Source: Antedon mediterranea (lineage: Eukaryota > Animalia > Echinodermata). Taken from it: 64,000 nt of DNA. Made by a program: the position numbers and the translations under genes. The notes below the pieces were generated by a model, which did not search any database, was not told the origin of the DNA, and saw nothing but the letters and a program-made list of their open reading frames with translations. Of this stretch, positions 39,801 through 52,499 are shown in pieces (within the stretch, counting starts at the first letter, position 1; each line of letters starts with the position of its first letter). The stretch is taken from the NCBI RefSeq assembly GCF_964355755.1, contig NC_092670.1, positions 2,532,201 to 2,596,200 on the forward strand. The letters run 5' to 3'.

Positions 39801-42800
39801 AAATCCAAACTCAAGTAATACACGTATGCAACGCCATATGTGCAAAAATATTTATATTTTTACTAATATTAAGACAAAAATTCCGTCTGGAGCCCAGACT
39901 AGTTTCCTCTATATTATTTTTTTTAATCCAAATTTAAAATTGTAGGCGTAAAGAAAGCAAATTTATATGTTACCTTTTTAGTCCCTTGTACTTTTTTCCA
40001 AACTTTCTGTTTGCCATCATTAAGTAAAGCTTTAAAAAAGTGTCAATATTGAAATCATGTTTGCTTTTAATTTGCAATGAGCATATTCATAATTAATATG
40101 GAGTTTTGATGGCAATCATTAGAATGAAATTGAATTATAGAACATGTTAATAAAAACGTATTACAAACTGGCCTAGTGTTAGTTACCACAACCAAACCAA
40201 TTTTGTTTTATTTCTGATGTTTGACCAATCTGGTCATTGGATTGTTTGAGAAACATTTATAATTTATAAATATCATGAAGTACAGTATTATTAAGGTTAT
40301 TTTTAGTGCTAGATTGTACTTCGCTGACAGTCCAAAGATAAGGTACCAACTTGATTGTGATGATGTTGATGTAGTATTTAATTTAAATATATAAATATAG
40401 TTAGGTATAAACACTATTAAAACCAAAAAGGTGTAAATCATTGCATTTCCAGTGAAAAAGTGTTAATAAACAATCCAATGTGCAGCATACACCAAAACAG
40501 ATAAAAACATTTGTAATTGTTTGAGCTACAGTAGGCTTATGTATAAATACAGATACAGACCCATAGGATATTGTTTGAGCTACAGTAGGCTTATGTATAA
40601 ATACAGATACAGACCCATAGGATATTGTTTGAGCTACAGTAGGCTTATGTATAAATACAGATACAGACCCATAGGATATTGTTTGAGCTACAGTAGGCTT
40701 ATGTATAAATACAGATACAGACCCATAGGATATTGTTTGAGCTACAGTAGGCTTATGTATAAATACAGATACAGACCCATAGGATATTGTTTGAGCTACA
40801 GTAGGCTTATGTATAAATACAGATACAGACCCATAGGATATTGTTTGAGCTACAGTAGGCTTATGTATAAATACAGATACAGACCCATAGGATATTGTTT
40901 GAGCTACAGTAGGCTTATGTATAAATACAGATACAGACCCATAGGATATTGTTTGAGCTACAGTAGGCCTATGTATAAATACAGATACAGACCCATAGGA
41001 TATTGTTTGAGCTACAGTAGGCTTATGTATAAATACAGATACAGACCCATAGGATATTGTTTGAGCTACAGTAGGCTTATGTATAAATACAGATACAGAC
41101 CCATAGGATATTGTTTGAGCTACAGTAGGCCTATGTATAAATACAGATACAGACCCATAGGATATTGTTTGAGCTACAGTAGGCTTATGTATAAATACAG
41201 ATACAGACCCATAGGATATTGTTTGAGCTACAGTAGGCCTATGTATAAATATGTAGCTCAAATACAGATAAGAAGAGGAGATCAAGGCTATGCAGAAAGC
41301 AATTAAGATAAGGGTGAAGGAACTACGGAATGAATATTTGTATGAAGAAGCAAGCAAGTTAAATGAAGCTCACCAAAATAGAAAAATATTTGATTTATGG
41401 AGAAAAGCTAAGGAGCACGGTGATGTTATAAGAAAAGCACCAAAGCCTATAAAATGTCCTGGATTACGTGAACACTTTAAAGATCACTTTAATCCAGACC
41501 AATCTAGCCTTAAAATCCCAGATGAAATTAGCACACCTCCAGAATATATTATCAACCTGAGACAACCAGAATTTGAGATGGACAATGAACCTCCGTCCAA
41601 GAAAGAAATTATTGATGCAATCGGACATCTAAAAGGTCGCAAAGCTACCCTAGATGTCGCTTCTGAAATGTTGCAAGTCGCCACAGAGAACCCAGTATTC
41701 GTCGACCATGTACATATAGTCGAGGCAAAAAATGTGAAAAAAATGAGTTAGGGGGAGTGGAATGTTAGAGGCTGTCAACATAGCCAGATATCCTAATTAA
41801 ACCCTTCTGATCACTCTAAGCCCTGTTGACCCTTAATTTTTTGCCTCGTCTTGAAATGGCGGCCATTTTTCAAAATGGCCGCCATTTTTGTATAAAATGT
41901 GGATAAAATCAGATCTAAATAAGGTAGATACACAATCTTGGTGTCTAAACACATGTACTTCAGACACGGAATCCATTAGGCCTTGTTGACACTTCAGTTT
42001 TTGCCTCTTATTAAAATGGCAGCCATTTTTCAAAATGGCCGCCATTTTTATATAAAATGTGGATAAAATCAGATCTAAATAAGGTAGATACACAATCTTG
42101 GTGTCTAAACACATGTACTTCAGACATGGAATCCATTAGGCCTTGTTGACACTTTAGTTTTTGCCTCGTATTAAAATGGCAGCCATTTTTCAAAATGGCC
42201 GCCATTTTTATATAAAATGTGGATAAAATCAGATCTAAATAAGGTAGATACACAATCTTGGTGTCTAAACACATGTACTTCAGACACGGAATCCATTAGG
42301 CCTTGTTGACACTTCAGATTTTGCCTCGTATTGAAATAGCGGCCATTTTGAAAAATGGCCGCTAATTTTATAGAAATGTGCATAAAATCGGATCTAAATA
42401 AGGTATATGCCCGATCTTGGTGTCTAAACACATGTTTTTTTCAGGCAAGGAATCCATTAAATCTATAATAAATAAATTTAAATAGTTTAATTAATTAATT
42501 TTTAAAGTTAAGTGCACAGTAGCTAACATTTTTCAAAATGGTTACCTAATTTATCTGTTCATGAAATCGAAAATCTGGAATTTGTTTTACAAATTGGTAA
42601 AGGTTTAGTTTGTATAGAGCCATGACTAGGATTTTAAAGCCTCAGCTTTTGTTGAATTCATTTGCATGTAACTTCACAGATGTTTCATCTTGACTGTGTA
42701 GGCCCTCCTATTAGGCCTACATAAACTAATATTATTTACCTCCGCTAAGGAGATATATGTAGTCTATCGCGTACCCGAATCAGCTGGATTTGAACTATGT

Positions 42801-45800
42801 CAAGCTAATATCTAAAGCAAAAAAATGTATCATTCAACATGCTCCCTATCAGTGGATATATTTTGCCAAGTACTTCACTCAGTTTCTGAGTGCTTTCATT
42901 TGTTTGTCTGTTTGTTAGCAGGATTACTCAAAAAGTTATTGCAAGATCTTTACCAAAATTAGGGTTAGATAGATATGTGGTCAAGTTCCACTCCATTACA
43001 TTTTGGAGGCAATCCGGACCACGGTCCCAATTTTGGACCACTTTTTAGTATTATTTTCAGACCTGCTATTTTTAAGAGATAGGAGAGAATTTTCAAAAGC
43101 CGGCGAGCAGTCTTAAAGCCTAAAGTAAACTGAATCAGCATTTTCTCGAGAACTACTTGTCCAAAAAACTTTTTTAGATCTGATTTTATGCATATTTTAT
43201 ATAAAAATGGCGGCCATTTTAAAAAATGGCTGCCATTTTATTACGAGGCAAAAACTGAAGTGTCAACAAGGCCTAATGGATTCCGTGTCTGAAGTATTTG
43301 TGTTTAGACACCAAGATTTTGTATCTACCTTATTTAGATCTGATTTTATCCACATTTTATATAAAAATGGCGGCCATTTTGAAAATGGCTGCCATTTTAA
43401 TAAGAGGCAAAAACTGAAGTGTCAACAAGGCCTAATGGATTCCGTGTCTGAAGTACATGTGTTTAGACACCAAGATTGTGTATCTACCTTATTTAGATCT
43501 GATTTTATCCACATTTTATATAAAAATGGCGGCCATTTTGAAAAATGGCTGCCATTTTAATACGAGGCAAAAATTGAAGTGTCAACAAGGCCTAGTGGAT
43601 TCCGTGTCTGAAGTACATGTGTTTAGACACCAAGATTTTGTATCTACCTTATTTAGAACTGATTTTATGCACATTTTATATAAAATTGGCGGCCATTTTG
43701 AAAAATGGCCGCCATTTCAATACTAGGCAAAAATTGAAGTTTGAACAAGGCCTAATGGATTCCGTGTCTGAAGTACATGTGTTTAGACACCAAGATCGTG
43801 CATCTATCTTATTTAGATCCGATTTTATGCACATTTTATATAAAATTGGCGGCCATTTTGTAAAATGGCCGCCATTTCAAGACGAGGCAAAAAATTAAGT
43901 GTCAACAGGGCCTAGAGTGATCAGAAGGGATTAATTAGGATATCTGGCTATGTTGACAGCCTCTAACATTCCACTCCCCCTAAATTGATTTCTAAGCATC
44001 TTTTCAGATTTTTGTCCTAGACTAATAGACTGTTTGAGGAAATTTGGAGAACGAAAGAAGTACCAAGTGATTGGGGACTGTCCAAATTAACAACCATTTG
44101 GAAAAAAAAAGGCAGTCCACTTGATCCATCAATGTATAGAGGAATATCAATTGGGTCTACATTTTCAAAGATACTTATGGTTATCATTCTTTCACGTTTT
44201 TCCATCTTTTATGAAAGTCAACTTCTACGCACACAGTTTGGATTCAGGTCCAACAGAGGGTGCAATGATGCTATATATGTAATCAAGCAGATCCAGGAAA
44301 TTGCGTATCGCTCAAATCGCAAACTCTATACATGCTTCATTGATTTAACAGCAGCATTCGACCATGTGAATCGTAATCTTCTTTTCCTAAGCGTTCGTAA
44401 TAGGTTTCACTTAAACCAGTCTACTACTATGATTGACATTATACAATCACTGTACAGCTCAACGAAAGCATACCTTGCTGACGACGATCCGAGTGATGAT
44501 AAGTTCGAAACATCTTCTGGGGTGCGACAGGGTGGTATTGAGAGTACCAGCATGTTTAACCAATATTTTGATTACGTTATTAGAGTGTTCAAACAACGCT
44601 GTAAAGATGCTAGTTTGGATGGCCTAAATGATACAATACCTTAATTCCTATTGAAGCTACAAATCGTGCTCAAAGATGTAAAGCACCATCAAGGGGCATC
44701 TATGACGACTTTGAAAGTGGCTATGCTGACGACTTTGCTGTAAGCTCCTGGTCACAAGAAGAACTGCAAACCATTGTGAACATCTTGAATAAAGTTTGTC
44801 TGGAATTTGGTCTAAGAATTAGTGCCCCCAAAACAGAAACCATTATATGGAACTGGAAAGAGGAAGTTGAAGAATACCCAAGATGCATCATACAAATTGG
44901 CGGCGTACACATTAACAACGTAACACACTTTAGATACCTTGGTGTATGGGCTACCTACAATGATGTTCATATTGGAGATCAAGAAGTAAAATACAGAATC
45001 AATTCAGCCAAAGGAGCATTTGCAGAGAATAGGGCATTGCTTACCAACAGAAAAATCCACCTACAAACAAGAATGATGTTTCTTAATGGTCTAGTTAGGA
45101 GTAGACTCACCTATGGTTGCCATGCTTGGAGGGCAACAGGAAGTGAAATGTCCAAACTTAGCACAACATACAAAACCTTCCTAAGAAGAATGCTAGTGAA
45201 TGGCTTTCAAAGAGTCTGCCCACCAAACCATGTAGACATATCCTCAGATGAAGAAACAGATGAAAACTATATAGACTGGCGTTACGTAATTGATAATGAC
45301 GATCTCTACAAAATTACTGGCTGTCAACCGCTAGAAGAATATGTCTACAAGCAACAATTCAACTGGATCGGACATGTAATTAGAAAAGAAAATGAAGATC
45401 CTACAAAAATTCTTACTTTTCACACAACACAAAGTAAACGAAGAGGTCGGAAGATACCATCAGTACTTGATAGAGTTGTACAACAAAGTCAACTTACTAG
45501 ATGCAACTTCATTAGAGCCTGCTTCAACAGAAATTTATAATTCCCAGCAATGTTTTAACTGTATATATGAACTGTTTTATAAGTTGTTTTGTGACTGTGT
45601 AATTTGGTAGTAGTCACTCTCATACTGTAGGCCTACATTTAAAAGTAACACATCCAAATGCCAACTTCAAGTCAATGGCTACCAGATGTCTCTGTGAGAT
45701 GGTTATTTGAACCAGTACCAGTACCAGTACCAGACCCATAGGATATTGTTTGAGCTACAGTAGGCTTATGTATAAATACAGATACAGACCCATAGGATAT

Positions 45801-48800
45801 TGTTTGAGCTACAGCAGGCCTATGTATAAATACAGATACAGACCCATAGGATATTGTTTGAGCTACAGCAGGCTTATGTATAAATACAGATACAGACCCA
45901 TAGGATATTGTTTGAGCTACAGTAGGCTTATGTATAAATACAGATACAGACCCATAGGATATTGTTTGAGCTACAGTAGGCCTATGTATAAATACAGATA
46001 CAGACCCATAGGATATTGTTTGAGCTACAGTAGGCTTATGTATAAATACAGATACAGACCCATAGGATATTGTTTGAGCTACAGTAGGCTTATGTATAAA
46101 TACAGATACAGACCCATAGGATATTGTTTGAGCTACAGTAGGCTTATGTATAAATACAGATACAGACCCATAGGATATTGTTTGAGCTACAGTAGGCCTA
46201 TGTATAAATACAGATACAGACCCATAGGATATTGTTTGAGCTACAGTAGGCTTATGTATAAATACAGATACAGACCCATAGGATATTGTTTGAGCTACAG
46301 TAGGCCTATGTATAAATACAGATACAGACCCATAGGATATTGTTTGAGCTACAGTAGGCCTATGTATAAATACAGATACAGACCCATAGGATATTGTTTG
46401 AGCTACAGTAGGCTTATGTATAAATACAGATACAGACCCATAGGATATTGTTTGAGCTACAGTAGGCTTATGTATAAATACAGATACAGACCCATAGGAT
46501 ATTGTTTGAGCTACAGTAGGCTTATGTATAAATACAGATACAGACCCATAGGATATTGTTTGAGCTACAGTAGGCTTATGTATAAATACAGATACAGACC
46601 CATAGGAAATTGTTTGAGCTACAGTAGGCTTATGTATAAATACAGATACAGACCCATAGGATATTGTTTGAGCTACAGTAGGCTTATGTATAAATACAGA
46701 TACAGACCCATAGGATATTGTTTGAGCTACAGTAGGCCTATGTATAAATACAGATACAGACCCATAGGATATTGTTTGAGCTACAGTAGGCTTATGTATA
46801 AATACAGATACAGACCCATAGGATATTGTTTGAGCTACAGTAGGCTTATGTATAAACACAGATACAGACCCATAGGATATTGTTTGAGCTACAGTAGGCT
46901 TATGTATAAATACAGATACAGACCCATAGGATATTGTTTGAGCTACAGTAGGCTTATGTATAAATACAGATACAGACCCATAGGATATTGTTTGAGCTAC
47001 AGTAGGCTTATGTATAAATACAGATACAGACCCATAGGATATTGTTTGAGCTACAGTAGGCCTATGTATAAATACAGATACAGACCCATAGGATATTGTT
47101 TGAGCTACAGTAGGCCTATGTATAAATACAGATACAGACCCATAGGATATTGTTTGAGCTACAGTAGGCTTATGTATAAATACAGATACAGACCCATAGG
47201 ATATTGTTTGAGCTACAGTAGGCTTATGTATAAATACAGATACAGACCCATAGGATATTGTTTGAGCTACAGTAGGCTTATGTATAAATACAGATACAGA
47301 CCCATAGGATATTGTTTGAGCTACAGTAGGCTTATGTATAAATACAGATACAGACCCATAGGATATTGTTTGAGCTACAGCAGGCCTATGTATAAATACA
47401 GATACAGACCCATAGGATATTGTTTGAGCTACAGTAGGCTTATGTATAAATACAGATACAGACCCATAGGATATTGTTAAGGATTATTAACCACATAAAA
47501 ATAAACAAAACTCACTGAAGTTAGTAGATTACTGAAAAAAATATAGACTTTATTAATAAATGTTATCATTTATATGTGGTTATTAATACAGACACCCACA
47601 ATTATACAATTTTTTTGACAGACAAAACCATACCTTCATCTAGAGATAAATGATTACCTAAAATGGGATTAAGAATATGCATGCAGTTAGTGAGAAGGCA
47701 AAAGGATATTATTATGTAGTCTAGGGAAGTGAAACGAAGGATATCATGATGATTAGGTAGTGTAAAAAAAGGGGAAAAGACCTTATGGAGTTTGTGGGAA
47801 CAATAGGTAGTGTAGGGAACACAAATAACAACGGTATCCAAAGCAGCATGCATATCGATTAGGAACCTTGGTCGTATTCGCGGTAATCTTAACAAGAAAA
47901 CAGCTGAATTGATTGTACACTCATTTGTCACTTCTAAAATTGACATTGGTAATGCCTTGTTGTTTGGCATACCAAAATCTCAAATACAACGTTTGCAGCG
48001 CTTGCAAAATATGGCAGCTAGAATTGTAACTTATACAAAATCAAACGCTCACATAACTCCTGTTCTGATGGATTTGCATTGGTTGCCTGTTCAACAACGT
48101 ATTAAGTACAAACTTGCGTTGTTTGTATTTAAGATCCTAAATGACAGTGCTCCTGCTTATTTATCTGACCTTGTGGATCGTTACGAATCATCCCGCAGAG
48201 GCCTACGATCATTGTCACAAAACCTTCTTCAAGAGCGTAGAGCGAAAAATCAATGGGGTCAGAGATCTTTTTACGTTGCGGCCGCAAGTGTATGGAACAG
48301 CTTACCAGCAACAGTTAAATGCTCAACTAGTCTAAACAGTTTCAAGACCAACCTAAAGACGTCGCTATTCGCTGATGTTCTCGCACGTTGTTAATGCACA
48401 AAGCGCCATGAGCGCCACATGGGTGGAGGATACCGGCGCTATATAAGTTTTCATTTATTATTATTATTTAGGGAAGTGAAAAGAAGGATATGATGATGAT
48501 TAGGTAGTGTAAGAAAAGGGGAAAAGACCTTATGGAGTTTGTGGGAACGATAGGTAGTGTAGGGAAGTAAAAATAAGGATATGATGATGATTAGGTAGTG
48601 TAATAAAAGGGAAGACCTTATGGAGTTTGTGGGATGGGTAGAATAGATATCATGCAGTTAGTTCATTCAGGATAGAGGATCAAATAATAATAAATTGCTT
48701 ACTTGATTTCACAGAGTAAACTCCTGCAAATTGATTCAATTGTTTGACGTCTTGAGCTATAAAATAAATCATGATATTAAACTAATATAGTAATAATATG

Positions 48801-49876
48801 AATTATTGGAAAAATAATATATAATAATTGATACTAAATGTGTTTTGGATTTTGTCATGGAAAAATAACATATTGCTATTATCATAACAGGGAGGTTAAC
48901 TCCCTGATCATACTACTGTACTACCAGCCAGTGCACCAAATTTACTACACCATACACAATCAGTTAGTATCATGATTAGAAAGTTACAATACAAACAAGT
49001 CGGAGGACCTTTGGTAAGTATTCTGTCTTGGGGTGGTGAGGGCGTTCTACTCTCCTCCACATTTGACCCTCTGCTGTCAATTACGAGCGAGGAGAACATC
49101 TGCAGCTCTCGGTCTAGGTTTGCAATTCGTTCGTTGACGCGTTCGATGCTGCCAACCAAGAATGCTGAAAGTTCTTAATAGGAAAACACAAAAAGTGACA
49201 CTAAATGCATGCGTTCCTGTGTTCAAATTCTCATATTTGCTTGGTACTTGCTTGATGTTTATGGGTCGGTTAAGAAGCTAATTATAGCTTAAATATGACA
49301 TTTCTTTCTTCTTTTTTCTGTACTATAATATTGTATAGACATCACGGTGGGAGTTTTATAAAGCATGGCTTTTTTATATTATTATTAACTGGTAAGCATA
49401 ACTACTGTATGTTCTCTGGTATAATCCCTCTCCTATAGAACACGAAATTGGGCCAACTTTCTTTGTGGGGTAAGACTATACTCAGGGAAACCCTCTGATT
49501 TAGGAAAAAAATTGATTGGTATTGTGGTATTTTATTATGCCCGAGGATAGGCCTAGTAGTACAGAAATATATGTAGAAATTGGTGACACTAATCAAAGAG
49601 ACCCATTGGTATAATGCAATAAATTCGTAGGCTAGGCCGTATGAATATTCGCCCCTGGTAACGAGACGCCGAGTGCATGGCAACACAATCAACCCTCGAT
49701 TGAAAACAACAATCGACGGCTATTGACTAGCCTAGCTAGCTAGGCGAAAGGATACGAGCTTTGCGTGTCATTTGATCTTGTAATATTGATTGAGCATGAT
49801 CAATATCTTCTTTAGTTTCTAGTAAATCTTCTCGGTAAATATTCATAGGAGAATTAGCCCGATTTATATCCGCCAT
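30876..49876 (-). CDS. FAM227: FAM227 family protein (FWWh domain), 13 exons; apparent frameshift in exon 10
   Basis: Exons 49876-49756, ~49164-48997, 48756-48703, 40029-39974, 39498-39457, 38896-38723, 38047-37907, 37513-37285, 36908-36463, 36226-36065, 34967-34815, 33669-33597, 30950-30876. Motifs DLFWWFFLHRY..FNRVAHNY, YPDLLAQSVY..FCEAFPDS..FNDDFKEDL and FNVCGQSPL. Phases are consistent except exon 10. Confidence 0.85.
30984..33395 (-). mobile_element. 5'-truncated CR1/L2-group (Crack/Daphne-like) LINE with open RT ORF
   Basis: 731-aa ORF 33387-31192 (NYRPIS, QYGFR, FLDLSKAFD, GVPQGS, YADD) and (TTGAA)n tail 30984-31010. Lies in the last FAM227 intron. Confidence 0.92.
35290..35412. mobile_element. 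hAT-like MITE
   Basis: CAGTGGC..GCCACTG termini and 8-bp TSD TTTACATT. A related decayed copy lies at ~6174-6355. Confidence 0.75.
35445..35857 (-). mobile_element. Helentron-type (HINE-like) element
   Basis: Minus strand begins TTTTAGTCGCGTGGACGCGACTCTATA (hairpin) followed by a (GTCG)n microsatellite. Confidence 0.5.
37620..37758. mobile_element. Palindromic MITE flanked by TTAA
   Basis: TIR AGCTCTGTCTACACTATCAAACTTTATGTGACAAAAA with TTAA on both sides. Partial relatives at ~33852-33955 and ~60897-61046. Confidence 0.85.
39730..39901. mobile_element. Short TAG..CTA element with 9-bp TSD (AcademH-like, non-autonomous)
   Basis: TAGACTTG..CCAGACTA, flanks GTTTGCTCT / GTTTCCTCT. Second copy at 55021-55198. 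Confidence 0.7.
40517..41250. repeat. 51-bp satellite array, left part (~14 copies)
   Basis: Unit GACCCATAGGATATTGTTTGAGCTACAGTAGGCTTATGTATAAATACAGATACA-like, with near-identical copies. Confidence 0.95.
41255..45732 (+). mobile_element. 5'-truncated RTE-like LINE with (ACCAGT)n tail, interrupted by a foldback element
   Basis: ORF pieces 41290-41716, 44028-44644 and 44776-45540 (YRGISIGS, QFGFR, FIDLTAAFD, GVRQG, YADD). Frameshift ~44635. Tail at 45711-45732. Confidence 0.85.
41717..44024. mobile_element. Foldback-type non-autonomous DNA transposon (Academ-like) with 3-bp TSD
   Basis: TAGTCGAGG..CCTAGACTA termini, ATA TSD, and long inverted arms (41751-42450 / 43170-43980) made of ~160-bp repeats with AAAATGGCGGCCATTTT. 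Removal restores the LINE frame VDHVH|RLFEEIW. Confidence 0.85.
45731..47478. repeat. 51-bp satellite array, right part (~34 copies)
   Basis: Same unit and orientation as 40517-41250. Confidence 0.95.
47823..48468 (+). mobile_element. L2-like LINE 3' fragment
   Basis: VHSFVTSKIDIGNALLFG..LQRLQNMAAR..HITPVLMDLHWLPV..WNSLP and a (TTA)n tail. Confidence 0.85.
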
Positions 49877-49975
49877 TTCGTGTTTTTTATCACTAATTTC
49901 TAGTCACCGGCGTTTTTTGTTTATTATTGAAAATTTCTTTTTGTGATTGGTGGCGGTATTTAATTTGGTTGTGTA

Positions 49976-51750
49976 TCTATATATAAATTTACGTAAGGGC
50001 AAAATTCGGTAAATCGCGCGTTATTTCTAGAATGTTTACTCGATGGTATATAAAGTTGGTTCGTACTTTCGGTACTGATTTTAACCGCCTGATGTAACCC
50101 TGTTTACTAATTAAATTGAGTTCGATAATTAGTTATTGACGATTAAAACAAATTTAGGTTCAACGATTTGCCCCAAATAGGGGTGTTTTTCGATCGTGGT
50201 ATACACTGTCTAATGGATATCCGTCTTGAAAAATACCCGCAGACGATAATACGAGTATGCTTCGCATTTTCCTATCTCCTCCTACGATAATTGTTTTTAA
50301 TGGCTGAAAACCGGTTGAACAGCTGCTCGAGTACAGCATCATAATGTTGAAGACAGGCCGATTTTCTTTAAAAAATACTATTTTGATAGATTTAATATAC
50401 GTTTATACAAATGTATAGATTTGCGATGAATGGAACATTCCAATCTCCGTTCCACAAGTGTCTATTCCCTCAGGCGTCGTAAAGGCAAGTACTGTATACT
50501 CATAACAGAAATTCGATCCATTTTTTTTTCAATCTGTGCTGCAGAGGTTGGATATATTTTTTTTTTAAACGGATAAAGAGCTAGCGTTTTCACTCGCCGT
50601 ATATTATGTATAAATCTTTATTATTGCAGTTAAACCACCCACATCATCACCCTTCCCTCACTGGCATGAGTAGCGTTGTAAAACCTGTAGAGGATAGGCC
50701 TATGGTACATCACATGCCCTAAACGCAGAACAACTTTGGTGGGTAGGGTAGGAACCAACTTAAGTATGAATTGGTTCTAGGAAACATTTGAAAACCATTA
50801 GGCCTACTAATTAAGTTGAGTTAGATAATTTAATATTTATTGACGATTAAATCGAATTTATGATTTTCCCCGAATAGAGGTGGTTTTCACAAATTGTTTT
50901 ACATTATATAAACATATACACGTCGTAGTGATGTATCGTTACATGTAGGGGCTACTGTACTATTTCAATCGACTAGGACGGTGATAGTTTCAACAAAGTA
51001 TTACATCGCAATGTTTTACTGTGTTTTACTGTGTTTAGTGGTATATTATTTGTAAAACATGAAAACAATAATAATAATAATAATAATAATAACTGGTACT
51101 TGATAGCGCATTATGCTGAAAGCCTCAATGCGCTTTACAAAGACAGAACAATTTAGAAATTTACAAATTAAAAAGTGGGTTTTGAGGAGAGTTTTGAAGA
51201 CACTTGTGGAAGTAGCCTGACGGATTTCAATAGGCAACGCATTCCATAGAGAAACGGATGCCGAAGAAAATGAACGATTTCCATAAAACTTAGTGGAAGG
51301 ATGAAATATATGGGCAAGAAGAGACTCAGATCTAGATCTCAGAGACCGCTTGGGAACATAAGGTTGAATAAGTTCAATTAATATTTCGTTACTAAATGGA
51401 TAAAGAATAATATTTAAAAATTGTTCCTCTTTGCACCCATCCTCTTCCCCATCCCTCAACCCTAATGTTACATACAAAACACAAATCAAGTTTGTTTAAA
51501 TTTGACTTAAACAATTGGTCTCATTTTGTGACAAGTTTCTCTTTCGGAAGTAATTCCCATGGTGCTAATTTTAGTTGAGTACATAAATTACAGTGTCTAT
51601 TTATTCGTTCCTGTAAACAACATGTATTATTGTCCTGCGGTACGTACATTTGAAATCGCCAGTTTTTTAACGCTGAAATTATTATGTATTCGAGAACCAT
51701 CTGTGGGCACGACCTAGATGGTACGCGAGCGAAGCGAGCATACCATCTAG
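49976..51750 (+). mobile_element. Non-autonomous Helitron 100 bp upstream of the FAM227 start codon
   Basis: A|TCTATATATAAATTTACG..CTAGATGGTACGCGAGCGAAGCGAGCATACCATCTAG|T; inverted homologue of 26900-28220. Confidence 0.88.
51066..51385 (-). mobile_element. L2-like LINE 3' fragment nested in the Helitron
   Basis: YVPKRSLRS..YGNRSFS..LWNALP..FKTLLKTHF and a (TTA)n tail. Absent from the other Helitron copy. Confidence 0.8.
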
Positions 51751-52499
51751 TATATTATAATAATAGATTACTGTATACTTTTTACAACACAAAGTGTCTA
51801 CTGCCTGTAATTTAAATGATTAATTATTTATTTACTAAGAGCTATTATAGTATTATGGTAGAGGAAATATGGCAATATGAATTTACAAAACTCATCTTAC
51901 TAAATTGGCTATTGCATTTGTAAAATTACTGTATTATTTCACAGTGAAAAACAAAAACAAAATATGTTAAAAATAAAACAAATTTATTTGGTTTTGTTTA
52001 TTAATATTTTCAACCACAATCCATACATTATAAATATTAAAACAAATACAGTAGAGAATTGTATTATTATGTCATTGAATACTACCAATTTATCAAGGTG
52101 TAAATATCAATAAACAATTTAAAATTCAGCTTGAAACACCAACACTCATTTACCTGTCTGTAATTATGAGGTAACAGAAATCAAAACTTGTTAATTATAT
52201 AACATGTGAGGATACAAGATTAAACAACAACACTATGATTAAATCTATGTACAGCTATTTACACCAGAATACAAACTTGAAATACTCATGTAAACCATTT
52301 ACTATTTTAGGACTATACACGCAACTAATCCATCATTTAAAAACTGCTAAAGAGTGACCAATATTAACCCAAACACAGATTACACCTGTCGTCCTTGTGA
52401 TACCATGTATGCTCCCCTCCCACCACTTCTTTAACCCAGCCCCATAGCATTTTTTACTGCCCATGAGATACAATATAGGAAATAAATTTGTGGTGCACC

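Noticed and set aside
41833-43898. Six similar short ORFs (MCLDTKIVYLPY..)
   Set aside because: They are translations of the foldback element's subterminal repeats.
40401-47480. Long repetitive ORFs on both strands (261-576 aa) and a CRISPR-like appearance
   Set aside because: They result from a 51-bp (17-codon) stop-free satellite unit. There are no unique spacers or cas genes, and the context is a eukaryotic intron.
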